Source: Spirochaetia bacterium
Lineage (GTDB): Bacteria; Spirochaetota; Spirochaetia; SZUA-6; Bin103
Length of the DNA stretch: 64,000 bases
Direction: 5' to 3'
Assembly (NCBI GenBank): GCA_965198005.1
Contig: CBDAOI010000004.1
Coordinates: forward strand, 928,001-992,000
A model generated the notes under the pieces. That model searched no databases, was not told the DNA's origin, and saw only the letters and a list, made by a program, of their open reading frames with translations. A program made the position numbers and the translations under genes. The stretch's first letter is position 1. Each line of letters begins with the position of its first letter. Positions 21,299-32,576 of this stretch are shown here, in pieces.

Positions 21299-22465
21299 AT
21301 GAGCATGGTCATGATCGCCTACCGATCGCGCAGCCTGACCGCACTTCGCTCGTCCTTCTTTCTGTTCGGCCCGCGCGGAACCGGCAAGACGACCTGGGTC
21401 CGCCACGAATACCCGGATGCGTATCGCATCGATCTGCTCGACGAGGCCCTGTATCAGAGTTATCTGGCTGACGCGGGACGATTCGCGGGCGAGCTGCGGA
21501 CGGTCGCCCCCGGCGGCTGGGTGTTCGTGGACGAGATACAGCGGCTGCCCGGTCTGCTCAACGAAGTGCACCGCCACATCGAAGGCGGCGGTCTCCGCTT
21601 CATCCTGACCGGCTCGTCGGCGCGGAAGCTGAAGCGAGCCGACGTCAATCTCCTGGGCGGGCGCGCGGTCCACACCCGCATGTATCCCTTCTTGCCGCAC
21701 GAGCTGGGTACCGACTTCGATCTCGACACGGTGCTCCAGCACGGCAGCCTGCCGGTAATCTGGAATGCCGACGACCCGGTAGCGGCGTTGCGTACCTACG
21801 TCCAGCTCTACTTGAAGGAAGAGATCAAGGGCGAAGCGCTGGTTCGGAACCTGGCCGGCTTCGCCCGCTTCCTGCCGGTCGCCGCCCTGTTTCACGGCCA
21901 GACGCTCAACGTCGCTTCCGCCGCGCGCGATGCCGAAGTCAGCCGGACGACGTTGGCCGGCTACGTGGAGATCCTGGAGGACACGCTGGTCGCGTTTCGG
22001 CTGCCGGCGTACGATCCCAAGTTGCGGGTCCGGGAACGGAAGCACCCCAAGCTGTACTGGATCGATCCGGGATTGGCACGGGCGGCAGCCGGGCGCTTCC
22101 GTGACCTCGACTCGCGCGAACGCGGCCCTCTGTTCGAGGGCTGGATCGCCACCGTGCTGGCCAGTTATCGCGACTACCACGGCGCGTTCGACGAAATGTA
22201 CTACTGGGCGCCGGCGCAAGCGCGGGACACGGAGGTCGACTTCCTGCTGTTGCGCGACGGCAAGTCGATCGCGATCGAGGCCAAGGCGTCCTCACGGATC
22301 CACGATCGTCACCTTGCTGGACTCCGTGCCGTCGCCCCGCTGCCCGGCCTGCAGCGCCGAATTCTCACGTACACGGGCGCGCGCCGCATGCGGAGCCCGG
22401 ACGGGGTCGACATCTGGCCGCTTCCCGATCTCCTGGAAGCCCTGGATGGCGACCGGCTCTGGTAA
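21299..22465 (+). CDS. AAA_14 + DUF4143 ATP-binding protein
   Basis: GPRGTGKT, VDEIQ, LTGSS, PKLYWIDPG, EVDF...AIEAK nuclease-like tail. Confidence 0.9.
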   Translation: MSMVMIAYRSRSLTALRSSFFLFGPRGTGKTTWVRHEYPDAYRIDLLDEALYQSYLADAGRFAGELRTVAPGGWVFVDEIQRLPGLLNEVHRHIEGGGLRFILTGSSARKLKRADVNLLGGRAVHTRMYPFLPHELGTDFDLDTVLQHGSLPVIWNADDPVAALRTYVQLYLKEEIKGEALVRNLAGFARFLPVAALFHGQTLNVASAARDAEVSRTTLAGYVEILEDTLVAFRLPAYDPKLRVRERKHPKLYWIDPGLARAAAGRFRDLDSRERGPLFEGWIATVLASYRDYHGAFDEMYYWAPAQARDTEVDFLLLRDGKSIAIEAKASSRIHDRHLAGLRAVAPLPGLQRRILTYTGARRMRSPDGVDIWPLPDLLEALDGDRLW

Positions 22466-22524
22466 CGGTCACTCCCTTGGAGGTCCCGTAAATACGAGCC
22501 ATCCGGGATGCGCGGCTCCATGAT

Positions 22525-22971
22525 CTACCGCTTCGGCCAGTCCTGCAGCGCTACGTTCCTTGCGAGTTGCTCCTTGCGCTGATTGCCGCTGGGATCCTCG
22601 AAACCGAGCGCACGCAGCCGATCCTCACGGTTCTTCCGCTTGCGAAGTTCCGTGCCGCCGAGATCCAGGTAAGGCGAGAGCGCCGTCCAGCGGGCGGCGC
22701 GCAGGAGCGCGTCGAAGTCGCCGGGGGACATGGCATCCGTGTTCCCCGCATCGGGCAGCGCTGTCGGTTCGAGGAGCGTGCACCCCGGCTCCAGTTCCCA
22801 CAGCAGCCGTTCCTCGACGGGCGAGCGGCTGTCCTTGTATTCGACGTGCACGAGGTGCAGCCGCCCGGTCTCGCCGTCGAACGGCTCGACGGCGGCGACG
22901 ATGCCGCTTCGGTTGCGGACCGTGGCAAGCATGCCGGCGCGGGGAACGGTGGCTGTTGCGGACTCGCTCAC
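22525..22971 (-). pseudogene. N-terminal fragment of a DrmD-like SNF2 helicase
   Basis: GMLATVRNR, LLWELEPG and FDALLRAARW resemble that N-terminus; no helicase motifs follow. Confidence 0.55.
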
Positions 22972-23233
22972 GGCGTGATCCCAGTCGAGGGGACGCGTCG
23001 GACTGAATGCGGCGGGTCACCCGCCCGGTTTGTCTCCATCTGGTTCGCCACGGCGCAAGATTGCCACGACTCGCGCGCCAGACGCGAGCGACAGAAGATC
23101 GCGCATCTGCTGGTGCTCCAGGGCGCCGGCCGTGCCGGCCTTGACCGTAATCGAGCCTGCGTTACTTCATTGGTAGGATAATGGTCCTACCGGCCGTGAT
23201 CGTGCCAGCGTATCGTCCCGTGCTGCGGCTGTC

Positions 23234-24412
23234 ATGAAGGCTCCGCAGCGCGTATTCACTCCCGGTGCGGGCGTCGCGCCGCCTGCGCTGACCGGGCGCG
23301 AGCGGGAGCAGGGGGTATTGACGCAGTGCCTGGCGGACCTTCTTGGCGGCAACGCCCCGCCGCACGACGTGGCGCTGATGGGGCCGCGCGGCAACGGCAA
23401 GACCGTGCTGCTCAACTGGTTCGCGGGCGCCTGCCGCGACGCTGGTCGGGTGGACGTCGCGCGGCTGTCGCCAAGCCGGATACGGACCGGGCAGGCGCTG
23501 GCCGACGCCTTGTTGCCGGTGTCGTTCATCCGGAAGTTCCTGCCAAGAAAACTCGGCGTCACGGGCGTCGGTCAAGCCGAATGGGCGGCGCCAGAGCGGT
23601 CCGCGCAGGACCTCACGGAGCGGCTGACTGCTCGCTGCCGCAGAAGACCCGTGGTCGTGTTGGTTGACGAAGCTCATACACTCACCCGTGACGTTGGTCG
23701 ACTGCTGCTCAATGTCAGCCAGGAGGTCCGCGCCAACGCGCCATTCCTGCTGGTGCTGGCCGGAACACCGGGCCTGCCGGCGCATCTCGGTACCATGAAC
23801 GCCTCCTTCTGGAGCCGGCTGGATGAAGGACGCCTCGGCATCGGCCTGCTGAGCGACGCTGCCGCCCGTGCCGCTCTAATCAACCCGCTGGCCGCCCACG
23901 GCGTGGGCATCGAGGCCGACGCCCTCGATGCGGTCGTCGAGCACAGCCAGCGCTACCCGTACTTCATTCAAGTTTGGGGCCGCGCCCTGTGGCAGCAGCG
24001 CTTGGCCATCGAAACCTCCCGGTTGACCGCGGCGCACGCGGACGCGGCGCGGTCTCACGTGATCGCCCGGGTCACGGATTACTACCAGGACCGCTATCGG
24101 GAACTGGAAACGCGCGGTCTGCTGCCGGCAGCCGTCGCGGCGGCGGCGCTGTTCGCGGCCGGCGCTTCGACCGCGACCGATCGCGACTTCGATACCGCCC
24201 TCGCCGCAACCGGCGACGGCGCCGCGGGGCGACTGGCGGCACGCGAGGAATTGAACCGGCTGGGCTACGTCTGGAGCCCGCCGGCCCAACTGCCGCCGGT
24301 CGTCTGGGTCGCCGGTATCCCGTCGCTGATGACGTTCGTTCTCGACCACGCCCCGCCGCTCCGCCCACCCGCGGGCGACGCCGACGACAACCGAGGCAGA
24401 TCCGGTCCGTGA
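23234..24412 (+). CDS. AAA ATPase (AAA_16-like)
   Basis: FTPGAG..PPALTGRE, GPRGNGKT, VDEAH, YPYFIQ; GGTAGGA/TCCTACC inverted repeat at 23172-23191. Confidence 0.85.
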   Translation: MKAPQRVFTPGAGVAPPALTGREREQGVLTQCLADLLGGNAPPHDVALMGPRGNGKTVLLNWFAGACRDAGRVDVARLSPSRIRTGQALADALLPVSFIRKFLPRKLGVTGVGQAEWAAPERSAQDLTERLTARCRRRPVVVLVDEAHTLTRDVGRLLLNVSQEVRANAPFLLVLAGTPGLPAHLGTMNASFWSRLDEGRLGIGLLSDAAARAALINPLAAHGVGIEADALDAVVEHSQRYPYFIQVWGRALWQQRLAIETSRLTAAHADAARSHVIARVTDYYQDRYRELETRGLLPAAVAAAALFAAGASTATDRDFDTALAATGDGAAGRLAAREELNRLGYVWSPPAQLPPVVWVAGIPSLMTFVLDHAPPLRPPAGDADDNRGRSGP

Positions 24413-24484
24413 GCTTGTCACCGCCCCGGATCGCTGCCGCAGAGTACACCGGCGGCAGTGGGGCGGGCGGGAGCGGCCGGGGGG

Positions 24485-24817
24485 TTAGGCGAGGCCGCCG
24501 CGTTCTTCGCGGAACCTGAGCACGTTGCCCACCTCGTTCGCAACTTCAGCTCTGAGCTCTGCGCGGAGCGTGGCAACGTCGGTCTTGGTCATCAGGGTTT
24601 TGAGTTCTGCCAGGATGCTGGCCTGCCCGTCCTGGAGGTTGGAGATGTCCTGCCTTATGTTGGCCTGCCCGTCCTGGAGGTTGGAGATGTCGTGCTTTAT
24701 GCTGGCCTGCCCGTCCTGGAGGTCGGTGACCTCCTTCCGGAGGTCGGTGACCGCCCGCTCAATGCGCAACTGCCCTGTGACCAGCAGTTGCAAGGTCTGG
24801 CTTAAGTCTTCCGCCAT
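24485..24817 (-). CDS. Small coiled-coil protein with 14-aa repeats
   Basis: LQDGQA(S/N)I three times (42-bp repeats at ~24620-24722); AGGAGG RBS. Confidence 0.7.
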   Translation of the reverse strand: MAEDLSQTLQLLVTGQLRIERAVTDLRKEVTDLQDGQASIKHDISNLQDGQANIRQDISNLQDGQASILAELKTLMTKTDVATLRAELRAEVANEVGNVLRFREERGGLA

Positions 24818-24945
24818 AAGTGCCCTCCTGGAAATGGATGTTGCATGATGTGCTACTCAGGCAACACAGGTCAACCCCTTGAACCGCTCCCGCAGAGTAC
24901 ACCGGCGCCAATGCTCCGGACGGAGTAGCCTATCCCCACTTAGCC

Positions 24946-25983
<1,038 letters not shown>

Positions 25984-25990
25984 GGTTCGG

Positions 25991-27148
25991 CTACTCCTCC
26001 GCCGCCGCGCCCGCCGCGCCCGCCGCGCCCGCCGGCGCCTCCGCCGCCGCCTGCCGCGCCCGGAACCAGGGCCGCAACGCCGGCAGGAACAGGTACTCCA
26101 GGGCGCCCACGAACAGGATCACCAGGCCCTGGATCACCACCACCAGGTCGCGCGTCACCTTGGGCATTTCGAACGCCAGCTCGGCGCCGCCCTGGTAGAG
26201 CGCGCCGAACAGCAGGCTGGCCAGCACAATCCCGACCGGGTGGTTGCGCCCCATCAGCGACACCGCGATGCCGACGAAGCCGTAGCCGGCGGTGAAGTTG
26301 AGCAGCAAACGGTGGTTTACCCCCATCACCTCGTTCAGCCCCATCATGCCGGCCAGCGCGCCGGAGATCGCCATCGCGCGGACGACGTTGCGTGCCGGCG
26401 AGATGCCGGCATAGACCGCGGCCGCGGGGTTGGCCCCGACCGTGCGCAACTCGTAGCCCCAGCGGGTGTGCCAGATGAAGATCCACACCAGGACGCCGCA
26501 CACCAGCGCCAACGGAAACGCCAAGTTCAGCGGCGTGCGCGGAAAGTCGATCCCGATCCGGCCGAGCAGGTCGTGCATCGCCGGCAGGGTCGCGTGCTCC
26601 GCGAAGGCGCGGCTCTGCGGCGACATCTGGCCCGGCTCGATCAGCACGTTCACCAGCAGATAGACCATCAGGGTGGCGGCGATGAAGTTGAACATGATGG
26701 TGGTGATCACCACGTGCGAGCCGCGCCGCGCCTGCAGGTAGCCCGGCACCCACGCCCACAGCGCCCCGAAAGCCGCGCCGCCGAGCACCGCCAGCGGCAG
26801 CAGCAGCAGGAACGGCAGCCCGTCGAGGAACAGGCACACCAGCCCGACCCCGAGGCCGCCGACGTAGCCCTGCCCCTCGCCGCCGATGTTGAACAGGCCG
26901 CAGTGCAGCGCCACCGACACCGCCAGCGCGGTGAATAGGAAGTTGGTGGCGTAGTACAGCGTGTAGCCCCACGCCTCACGGAAGCCGAAGGCGCCGCGCA
27001 CCAGGCTCACCAGCGCCTGCACCGGGCTCTCGCCGAGCACCAGGATCACGCTGCCCGCCACCGCGAGCGCCGCCAGCAGATTGATCAGCGGCAGCAGCGC
27101 GGTGGCGGCCCAGCGCGGCAGGCCGGAGCCGGGATCGGTGGCCGCCAC
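25991..27148 (-). CDS. Nucleoside/sugar ABC permease
   Basis: GLFNIGGEGQ, VITTIMFN, GYGFVGIAV. Confidence 0.92.
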   Translation of the reverse strand: MAATDPGSGLPRWAATALLPLINLLAALAVAGSVILVLGESPVQALVSLVRGAFGFREAWGYTLYYATNFLFTALAVSVALHCGLFNIGGEGQGYVGGLGVGLVCLFLDGLPFLLLLPLAVLGGAAFGALWAWVPGYLQARRGSHVVITTIMFNFIAATLMVYLLVNVLIEPGQMSPQSRAFAEHATLPAMHDLLGRIGIDFPRTPLNLAFPLALVCGVLVWIFIWHTRWGYELRTVGANPAAAVYAGISPARNVVRAMAISGALAGMMGLNEVMGVNHRLLLNFTAGYGFVGIAVSLMGRNHPVGIVLASLLFGALYQGGAELAFEMPKVTRDLVVVIQGLVILFVGALEYLFLPALRPWFRARQAAAEAPAGAAGAAGAAAEE

Positions 27149-27149
27149 C

Positions 27150-28766
27150 TCAAGCCGCTCCTACGCCGGCCATCAGCGCGCCCAGGGTCCGCTCCGTCGC
27201 CTCGGCGCCCGCCACCTCGCCGGCGACTGCGCCGTCGAACATCACCAGGATGCGGTCACTCAACGACATGATCTCGTCCAGCTCCACCGATACCAGCAGG
27301 ATCGCCTTGCCCTGGTCGCGCAACGCGACCAGCCGGCGGTGGATGAATTCGATGGCGCCGATGTCGAGGCCGCGCGTGGGCTGGCCGATCAGCAGCACGT
27401 CGGGGTCGCGGTCCAGCTCGCGCGCGACGATGATCTTCTGCTGGTTGCCGCCGGAAAAACCGTCGCAGCGCAGCAGCGGATCGGCCGGGCGCACGTCGAA
27501 CTCGTCCATCTGACGCTGCGAGGCGGCGATGATCCGCTGCCGGTGCATCAGCAGCGGGCCGTTGTAGGCGCGGTCGTCGTGGTAGCCCAGGATCGAAGAC
27601 TCGTTGGCGGCGAAGCTGGTCACCAGCCCCACGCGCTGCCGGTCCTCGGGCACGTGGCCCAGGCCGGCGTGGCGCATCCGGCGGGCGTCGGCCGTGTCAA
27701 GGCCCGCACCGGGGGCGGCTTCCCCCGCTTCCCCCGCGGCGCCCGCGGCGCTGGCGTACAGCACGGCGCCGTTCACCTCCAGCGTGCCGCCTTCAGGCCG
27801 GGTGATGCCGGACAGCAGCGCCAGCAGCTCCGACTGGCCGTTGCCGGCCACCCCGGCGATGCCCACGATCTCCCCGCGGCGCACCTTCAGGCTCACGTCC
27901 TTGACGCGGCGCACGCCGGCAGGGTCGGTGTAGGCGAGGTGGTCCGCCTGCAGCAGCACCTCACCCGGCCGGGCCGGCCGCTTCTCGACCCGCAGCAGCA
28001 CCTTGCGGCCGACCATCAGCTCCGCGAGCTGCTCGCGCGAGGTGTCGGCGGTGGCGACGTTGGCCACCACCGCGCCGCGCCGCATCACCGTGACCCGGTC
28101 GGTGATCGCCATGATCTCGCGCAGCTTGTGGGTGATCAGGATCATGGTGCGGCCCTGCGCCCTGAGCGCGGCCAGGATGCGGAACAGCTCGTCCGCCTCC
28201 TGCGGGGTCAGCACGCCGGTGGGCTCGTCGAGAATCAGGGTCTGGGCGCCGCGGTACAGCGCCTTGAGGATCTCCACCCGTTGCTGGATCCCGACCGGAA
28301 GGTCCTCGACCCGCGCGTCCACGTCCACCTGCAGCCCGTACTCGCTCTCCAGGCGGGCCAGCACGGCGCGTGCCCGGCGCCGGCCGTGGCGCAGCAACGG
28401 GCCCTGCTCGGCGCCCAGCAGCACGTTCTCCAGCACCGTGAGCGGTTCCACCAGCATGAAGTGCTGGTGCACCATGCCGATGCCGGCGGCGATGGCATCG
28501 GCCGGGCTGGCGATCTCGGCCGCACGGCCGCCGACCTCGATGCTCCCGGAGCCGGCCCGGTAGAAGCCGTACAGGATGCTCATCAGGGTCGACTTGCCGG
28601 CGCCGTTCTCGCCGACGATGCCGTGGATCGACCCCTGCGCCACCTCCAGCGAGACGGCGCGGTTGGCGTGGATCGCCCCGAACCGCTTGTCGATACCGCG
28701 CAGGGCGACCGCGACCGGCGGCCGGCCCGCGCGTCCGCCCCCGCGTGGCGGCCCCGTTACGGGCAG
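27150..28766 (-). CDS. Nucleoside ABC transporter ATP-binding protein (two domains); start uncertain
   Basis: GENGAGKS, ILDEPT, SGGNQQK, QPTRGLD. Confidence 0.9.
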   Translation of the reverse strand: MPVTGPPRGGGRAGRPPVAVALRGIDKRFGAIHANRAVSLEVAQGSIHGIVGENGAGKSTLMSILYGFYRAGSGSIEVGGRAAEIASPADAIAAGIGMVHQHFMLVEPLTVLENVLLGAEQGPLLRHGRRRARAVLARLESEYGLQVDVDARVEDLPVGIQQRVEILKALYRGAQTLILDEPTGVLTPQEADELFRILAALRAQGRTMILITHKLREIMAITDRVTVMRRGAVVANVATADTSREQLAELMVGRKVLLRVEKRPARPGEVLLQADHLAYTDPAGVRRVKDVSLKVRRGEIVGIAGVAGNGQSELLALLSGITRPEGGTLEVNGAVLYASAAGAAGEAGEAAPGAGLDTADARRMRHAGLGHVPEDRQRVGLVTSFAANESSILGYHDDRAYNGPLLMHRQRIIAASQRQMDEFDVRPADPLLRCDGFSGGNQQKIIVARELDRDPDVLLIGQPTRGLDIGAIEFIHRRLVALRDQGKAILLVSVELDEIMSLSDRILVMFDGAVAGEVAGAEATERTLGALMAGVGAA

Positions 28767-29743
28767 GAGTTGGTCGCCATGTAGTCGTGCACCGTCAGCT
28801 CGCCCGCGACGATCGCCGCGCGTGCGGCTTCCACCTGCTCCGCCACCGCCGCGCTGATCAGCGCTTCGTTGTGCTCGTCCAGCGCCCAGCCGACCCCGTC
28901 CTCGGCCAGCCCCAGGTCCCGGATGCCGGCCGACCAGGTACCGTCCATGGCGGTCTTGTACACGTCGTAGGCGGCCACGTCGACGCGCTTCAGCATCGAG
29001 GTCAACACCGACCCCGGATGCAGGTAGTTCTGGTTGGAGTCGACCCCGATCGACAGCTTGCCGGCGTCCGCGGCCGCCTGCAGCACGCCCAGCCCGGTGC
29101 CGCCAGCCGCCGCGAACACGATGTCCGCCCCGCGGTCGAACTGCGACTTGGCCAGCTCCGCGCCCTTGACCGGGTCGTTCCACGCCGCCGGCGTGGTGCC
29201 GGTCATGTTCTGGTACACCTGCGCGTCCGGGTTGACGTGCCTGACTCCCTGCTCGTAGCCGCAGCCGAACCTGCGGATCAGTGGGATGTCCATGCCGCCC
29301 ACGAAGCCCACCTTGCCGGTCTCCGAGGCCATGGCCGCGATCATGCCGACCAGGAACGAGCCCTCGTGCTCCTTGAACACGATCGACTGCACGTTGGGCA
29401 GGTCCACCACCATGTCGATGATCGAGAAGCTGGTGTCGGGGTATTCGGCAGCCACCTTCTCCAGCGCCGGCGCCTGACCGAAGCCCACGGCGATGATCGG
29501 GTCGTAGCCGCGCCGTGCGAAGTTGCGCAGGGCCTGCTCACGCTGCGCCTCGTTGGCCACCTCGAACTCCGCGTACTTGATCCCGGTCTCCATGCGGAAC
29601 TGCTCGACGCCGTTGTAGATCCCTTCGTTGAAGGACTTGTCGAACTTGCCGCCCATGTCGAACACCACGGCCGGCTTGATCTCGGCCACCGCGCCGGCGG
29701 CCGCCAGCAGGGCGATGCCTGCTGCCCATAGTAAGCGTTTCAT
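28757..29743 (-). CDS. BMP-family nucleoside-binding protein
   Basis: GGKFDKSFN, GVDSNQ, TSMLKRVD. Confidence 0.93.
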   Translation of the reverse strand: MKRLLWAAGIALLAAAGAVAEIKPAVVFDMGGKFDKSFNEGIYNGVEQFRMETGIKYAEFEVANEAQREQALRNFARRGYDPIIAVGFGQAPALEKVAAEYPDTSFSIIDMVVDLPNVQSIVFKEHEGSFLVGMIAAMASETGKVGFVGGMDIPLIRRFGCGYEQGVRHVNPDAQVYQNMTGTTPAAWNDPVKGAELAKSQFDRGADIVFAAAGGTGLGVLQAAADAGKLSIGVDSNQNYLHPGSVLTSMLKRVDVAAYDVYKTAMDGTWSAGIRDLGLAEDGVGWALDEHNEALISAAVAEQVEAARAAIVAGELTVHDYMATNSCP

Positions 29744-29929
29744 CGATTCGCCTCCCTAGCTTTCTGCGGAGCGCGCCCGCGCGTCCGCGCCCTGAGCTTT
29801 GCGGAAATGCTCGATCCCTGCAACCGCGTGCGGAGGATCGGGAGGGCCGCCGGCACCGCCGGCCGGCCGGCCGGGCAGGCTCTCGATTCGCACCCCCCAT
29901 CCATGCTATGAATCAGGCACATCCCGACC

Positions 29930-31186
29930 ATGGACACGAAACGTGTGGTGATCACCGGGCTCGGTGCGGTCACGTCGCTCGGCAACACCGCCGCAGAGAC
30001 GTGGTGCGGGGTGCGTGCCGGCGCGGTGGGCATCGGGCCGCTCACCAAGTTCGACCCGGAGCCGTACGCCTCCCGGGTCGCCAGCGAAGTGCACGATCTC
30101 GACACCGACGGCTACCTGGAGCGGAAGGAAACCCGCCGCATGGATCCGTTCACCATCTACGCGCTGGTGTCGGTGATCCAGGCGTTGCGCGATGCCGGCC
30201 TGGATCAGCCGGGGGCGCTGGAGCCGGCGCGCGCGGGCGTCATGCTCGGCGTGGGGTTCGGCGGCGTCCATTCGTTCGAGGCCGCCTGCGTCAAGCTGTA
30301 CGAACGCGGCCCGAGCGGCGTGCATCCGCTGTTCGTGCCCATGTTCATGGGCAACGCCGCGGTCGGACAGATCGCGATGAAGTTCGGGTTCACCGGACCG
30401 TCGCTGGTGATCGCGTCCGCCTGCACGTCGGCCACCGACGCCATCGGCCGCGCGCTGCGCTGCATCCGCGCCGGGCTGTGCGACGTGATGGTGACCGGCG
30501 GGTCGGAGGCGTTGATTTCGCCGATCACCTTCGCCGGGTTCGGCAACCTGCAGGCGCTGTCGACCGGCTTCAATCACGATCCCGCGCGCGCCAGCCGCCC
30601 GTTCGACAAGGATCGCGACGGCTTCATTCTCGGCGAGGGCGCCGGCATCCTGGTGCTGGAGTCCGCCGAGCACGCCGCCGCCCGCGGCGCCCGCGCGTAC
30701 GCCGAGCTGGCCGGCTACGGGGCAACCTGTGACGCGTTTCACCTCACTGCGCCTCACTCCGAGGGGCTCGGGGCGCAGTCCGCCATGCGCATGGCGGTGC
30801 GCACCGCCGGTCTGGCGCCGGACGAGGTGGACTACGTCAACGCCCACGGCACCTCCACGCCGCTCAACGATCCGATCGAGACCGCCGCCATCAAGGGCGT
30901 GTTCGGGGAGCACGCCTACCGGCTCAAGGTGTCCTCCACCAAGTCGATGATCGGCCACCTGCTGGGCGGGGCCGGCGGCGCGGAGGCGGTGGTCACGGCC
31001 ATGGCGTTGCACGAGCAGTTCTATCCTCCGACGGCCAATCTGGAAGAGCCGGACCCGGCGTGCGATCTCGATTACGTGGCCCGGCAGGGGGTGGCGCAGC
31101 CGATGCGCGCCGCCATCTCCAGCAGCTTCGGGTTCGGCGGTCACAACGGGGTCATCGCGATGAAGCGCATCGGCACGGAGTCTTGA
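29930..31186 (+). CDS. fabF: 3-oxoacyl-ACP synthase II
   Basis: RVVITGLG; catalytic C (SACT), H (NAHGTST) and H (GHLLG); SFGFGG. Confidence 0.93.
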   Translation: MDTKRVVITGLGAVTSLGNTAAETWCGVRAGAVGIGPLTKFDPEPYASRVASEVHDLDTDGYLERKETRRMDPFTIYALVSVIQALRDAGLDQPGALEPARAGVMLGVGFGGVHSFEAACVKLYERGPSGVHPLFVPMFMGNAAVGQIAMKFGFTGPSLVIASACTSATDAIGRALRCIRAGLCDVMVTGGSEALISPITFAGFGNLQALSTGFNHDPARASRPFDKDRDGFILGEGAGILVLESAEHAAARGARAYAELAGYGATCDAFHLTAPHSEGLGAQSAMRMAVRTAGLAPDEVDYVNAHGTSTPLNDPIETAAIKGVFGEHAYRLKVSSTKSMIGHLLGGAGGAEAVVTAMALHEQFYPPTANLEEPDPACDLDYVARQGVAQPMRAAISSSFGFGGHNGVIAMKRIGTES

Positions 31187-31203
31187 TTACGGAGGAGTCG
31201 TGC

Positions 31204-32094
31204 ATGGACTTGAGGACCTCGATCGGGAAGCTGGGCGTGTGGATGTTCTTCGACGCGGAGTCGTTGGCGGAGACCGTGGCGCACGTGCAGGAGCTGGAGC
31301 GGCTGGGCGTGGCGGCGGTCTGGGTGCCCGAGGCCGCCGGACGGGATCCGTTCACTCACCTTTCCTTCCTGGCCGCGCACACCGACTCGATCCGGCTGGC
31401 GACGGGTATCGCCAACATCTACGCGCGCAGCGCGGCGGCGCTGAAGGCGGCCGCCAATACGCTGCAGGAGGCCAGCGCAGGGCGCTTCATCCTGGGGCTG
31501 GGAGTATCGCACCGTGAAGGGGTGGGGCCGGTCTGGCGCCGCGAGTACGGCCGGCCGGTGGCGACCATGCGGGCGTTTCTGAACGACCTGCACGCCAGCC
31601 CCTACCGCGGGCCGCAGCCGGAGGCAGCCCTCCCGATCGTGCTGGCGGCCCTGCGGCCAAGGATGCTCGGTCTGGCCGCCGAGGTCGCGGCGGGAGCGCA
31701 TCCCTACTTCACGCCGCCCGAGCACACCGCGCGGGCGCGCGAGATCCTCGGCCGCGGTCCGTGGCTGGCCCCGGAACAGGCGGTCGTGCGGGAAACCGAT
31801 CCGGCCACCGCCCGGGCCGCCGCGCGCCGGTACATGCGCCCCTACCTGGGGCTGGAGAACTACCGCAACAATCTCAAGACCCTGGGATTCACCGATGCCG
31901 ACTTCGAACACGGCGGCAGCGACCGGGTGGTCGACGCGGTAGTGGTCTGGGGGGACGAGCGCGCAATCCGCCGGCGCCTGGAGCAGCACTGGAGCGCCGG
32001 CGCCGACCACGTCGGCGTGCAGACCATCGCGGCCGACGGCATCGCGCGCGTGGATCTCACTCTGTTCCGGGCCCTCGTCGACGCCGGGGTCTGA
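31204..32094 (+). CDS. LLM-class (F420-dependent type) oxidoreductase
   Basis: ATGIANIY, LGLGVSH, GAHPY, APEQ, GADHV. Confidence 0.85.
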   Translation: MDLRTSIGKLGVWMFFDAESLAETVAHVQELERLGVAAVWVPEAAGRDPFTHLSFLAAHTDSIRLATGIANIYARSAAALKAAANTLQEASAGRFILGLGVSHREGVGPVWRREYGRPVATMRAFLNDLHASPYRGPQPEAALPIVLAALRPRMLGLAAEVAAGAHPYFTPPEHTARAREILGRGPWLAPEQAVVRETDPATARAAARRYMRPYLGLENYRNNLKTLGFTDADFEHGGSDRVVDAVVVWGDERAIRRRLEQHWSAGADHVGVQTIAADGIARVDLTLFRALVDAGV

Positions 32095-32150
32095 CGCATG
32101 CGGAAGGTCCTGGCGCACCGCAAGACACGGAGCTAGGGCGGGTTCCGCGC

Positions 32151-32576
32151 ATGAGCCCCGCCCTGATCATCACCGTCGCCGTGCAGCTTTCCTGCCAGGT
32201 GTTCAAGCTGGTGTACTACTCGATTCGCAACCGGCGGCTGGAGCCGTTCCGGCTGGTCTCGGCGGGCGGCATGCCCAGCGCCCACTCCGCCTTCGTGGCG
32301 GCCCTGATCGTGTCGGTCGGCTTGGTCGATGGATGGGACTCCGGCGCCTTCACCGTGGCCGCGGTGCTGGCCGCGATCGTGGTGTTCGACACCCTGCGGC
32401 TGCGGCGCACGGTGGACCACCACACGCGCGTGCTGCGCGAGTTGGTGGCGCTGCTCCCGGTGGAGCGGCGCAAGTTTCCCTCGTCGCCGGTCGGGCACAA
32501 CGGGTTGGAAGTGGCGGTGGGCCTGGCGGTCGGCGTGGTCCTGACGGTGGCCGCCTACCTGGTGTTCGTCGCCTGA
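32151..32576 (+). CDS. Divergent PAP2 (DUF212) protein
   Basis: GGMPSAHSA, D...LRR, GH...EV. Confidence 0.88.
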   Translation: MSPALIITVAVQLSCQVFKLVYYSIRNRRLEPFRLVSAGGMPSAHSAFVAALIVSVGLVDGWDSGAFTVAAVLAAIVVFDTLRLRRTVDHHTRVLRELVALLPVERRKFPSSPVGHNGLEVAVGLAVGVVLTVAAYLVFVA

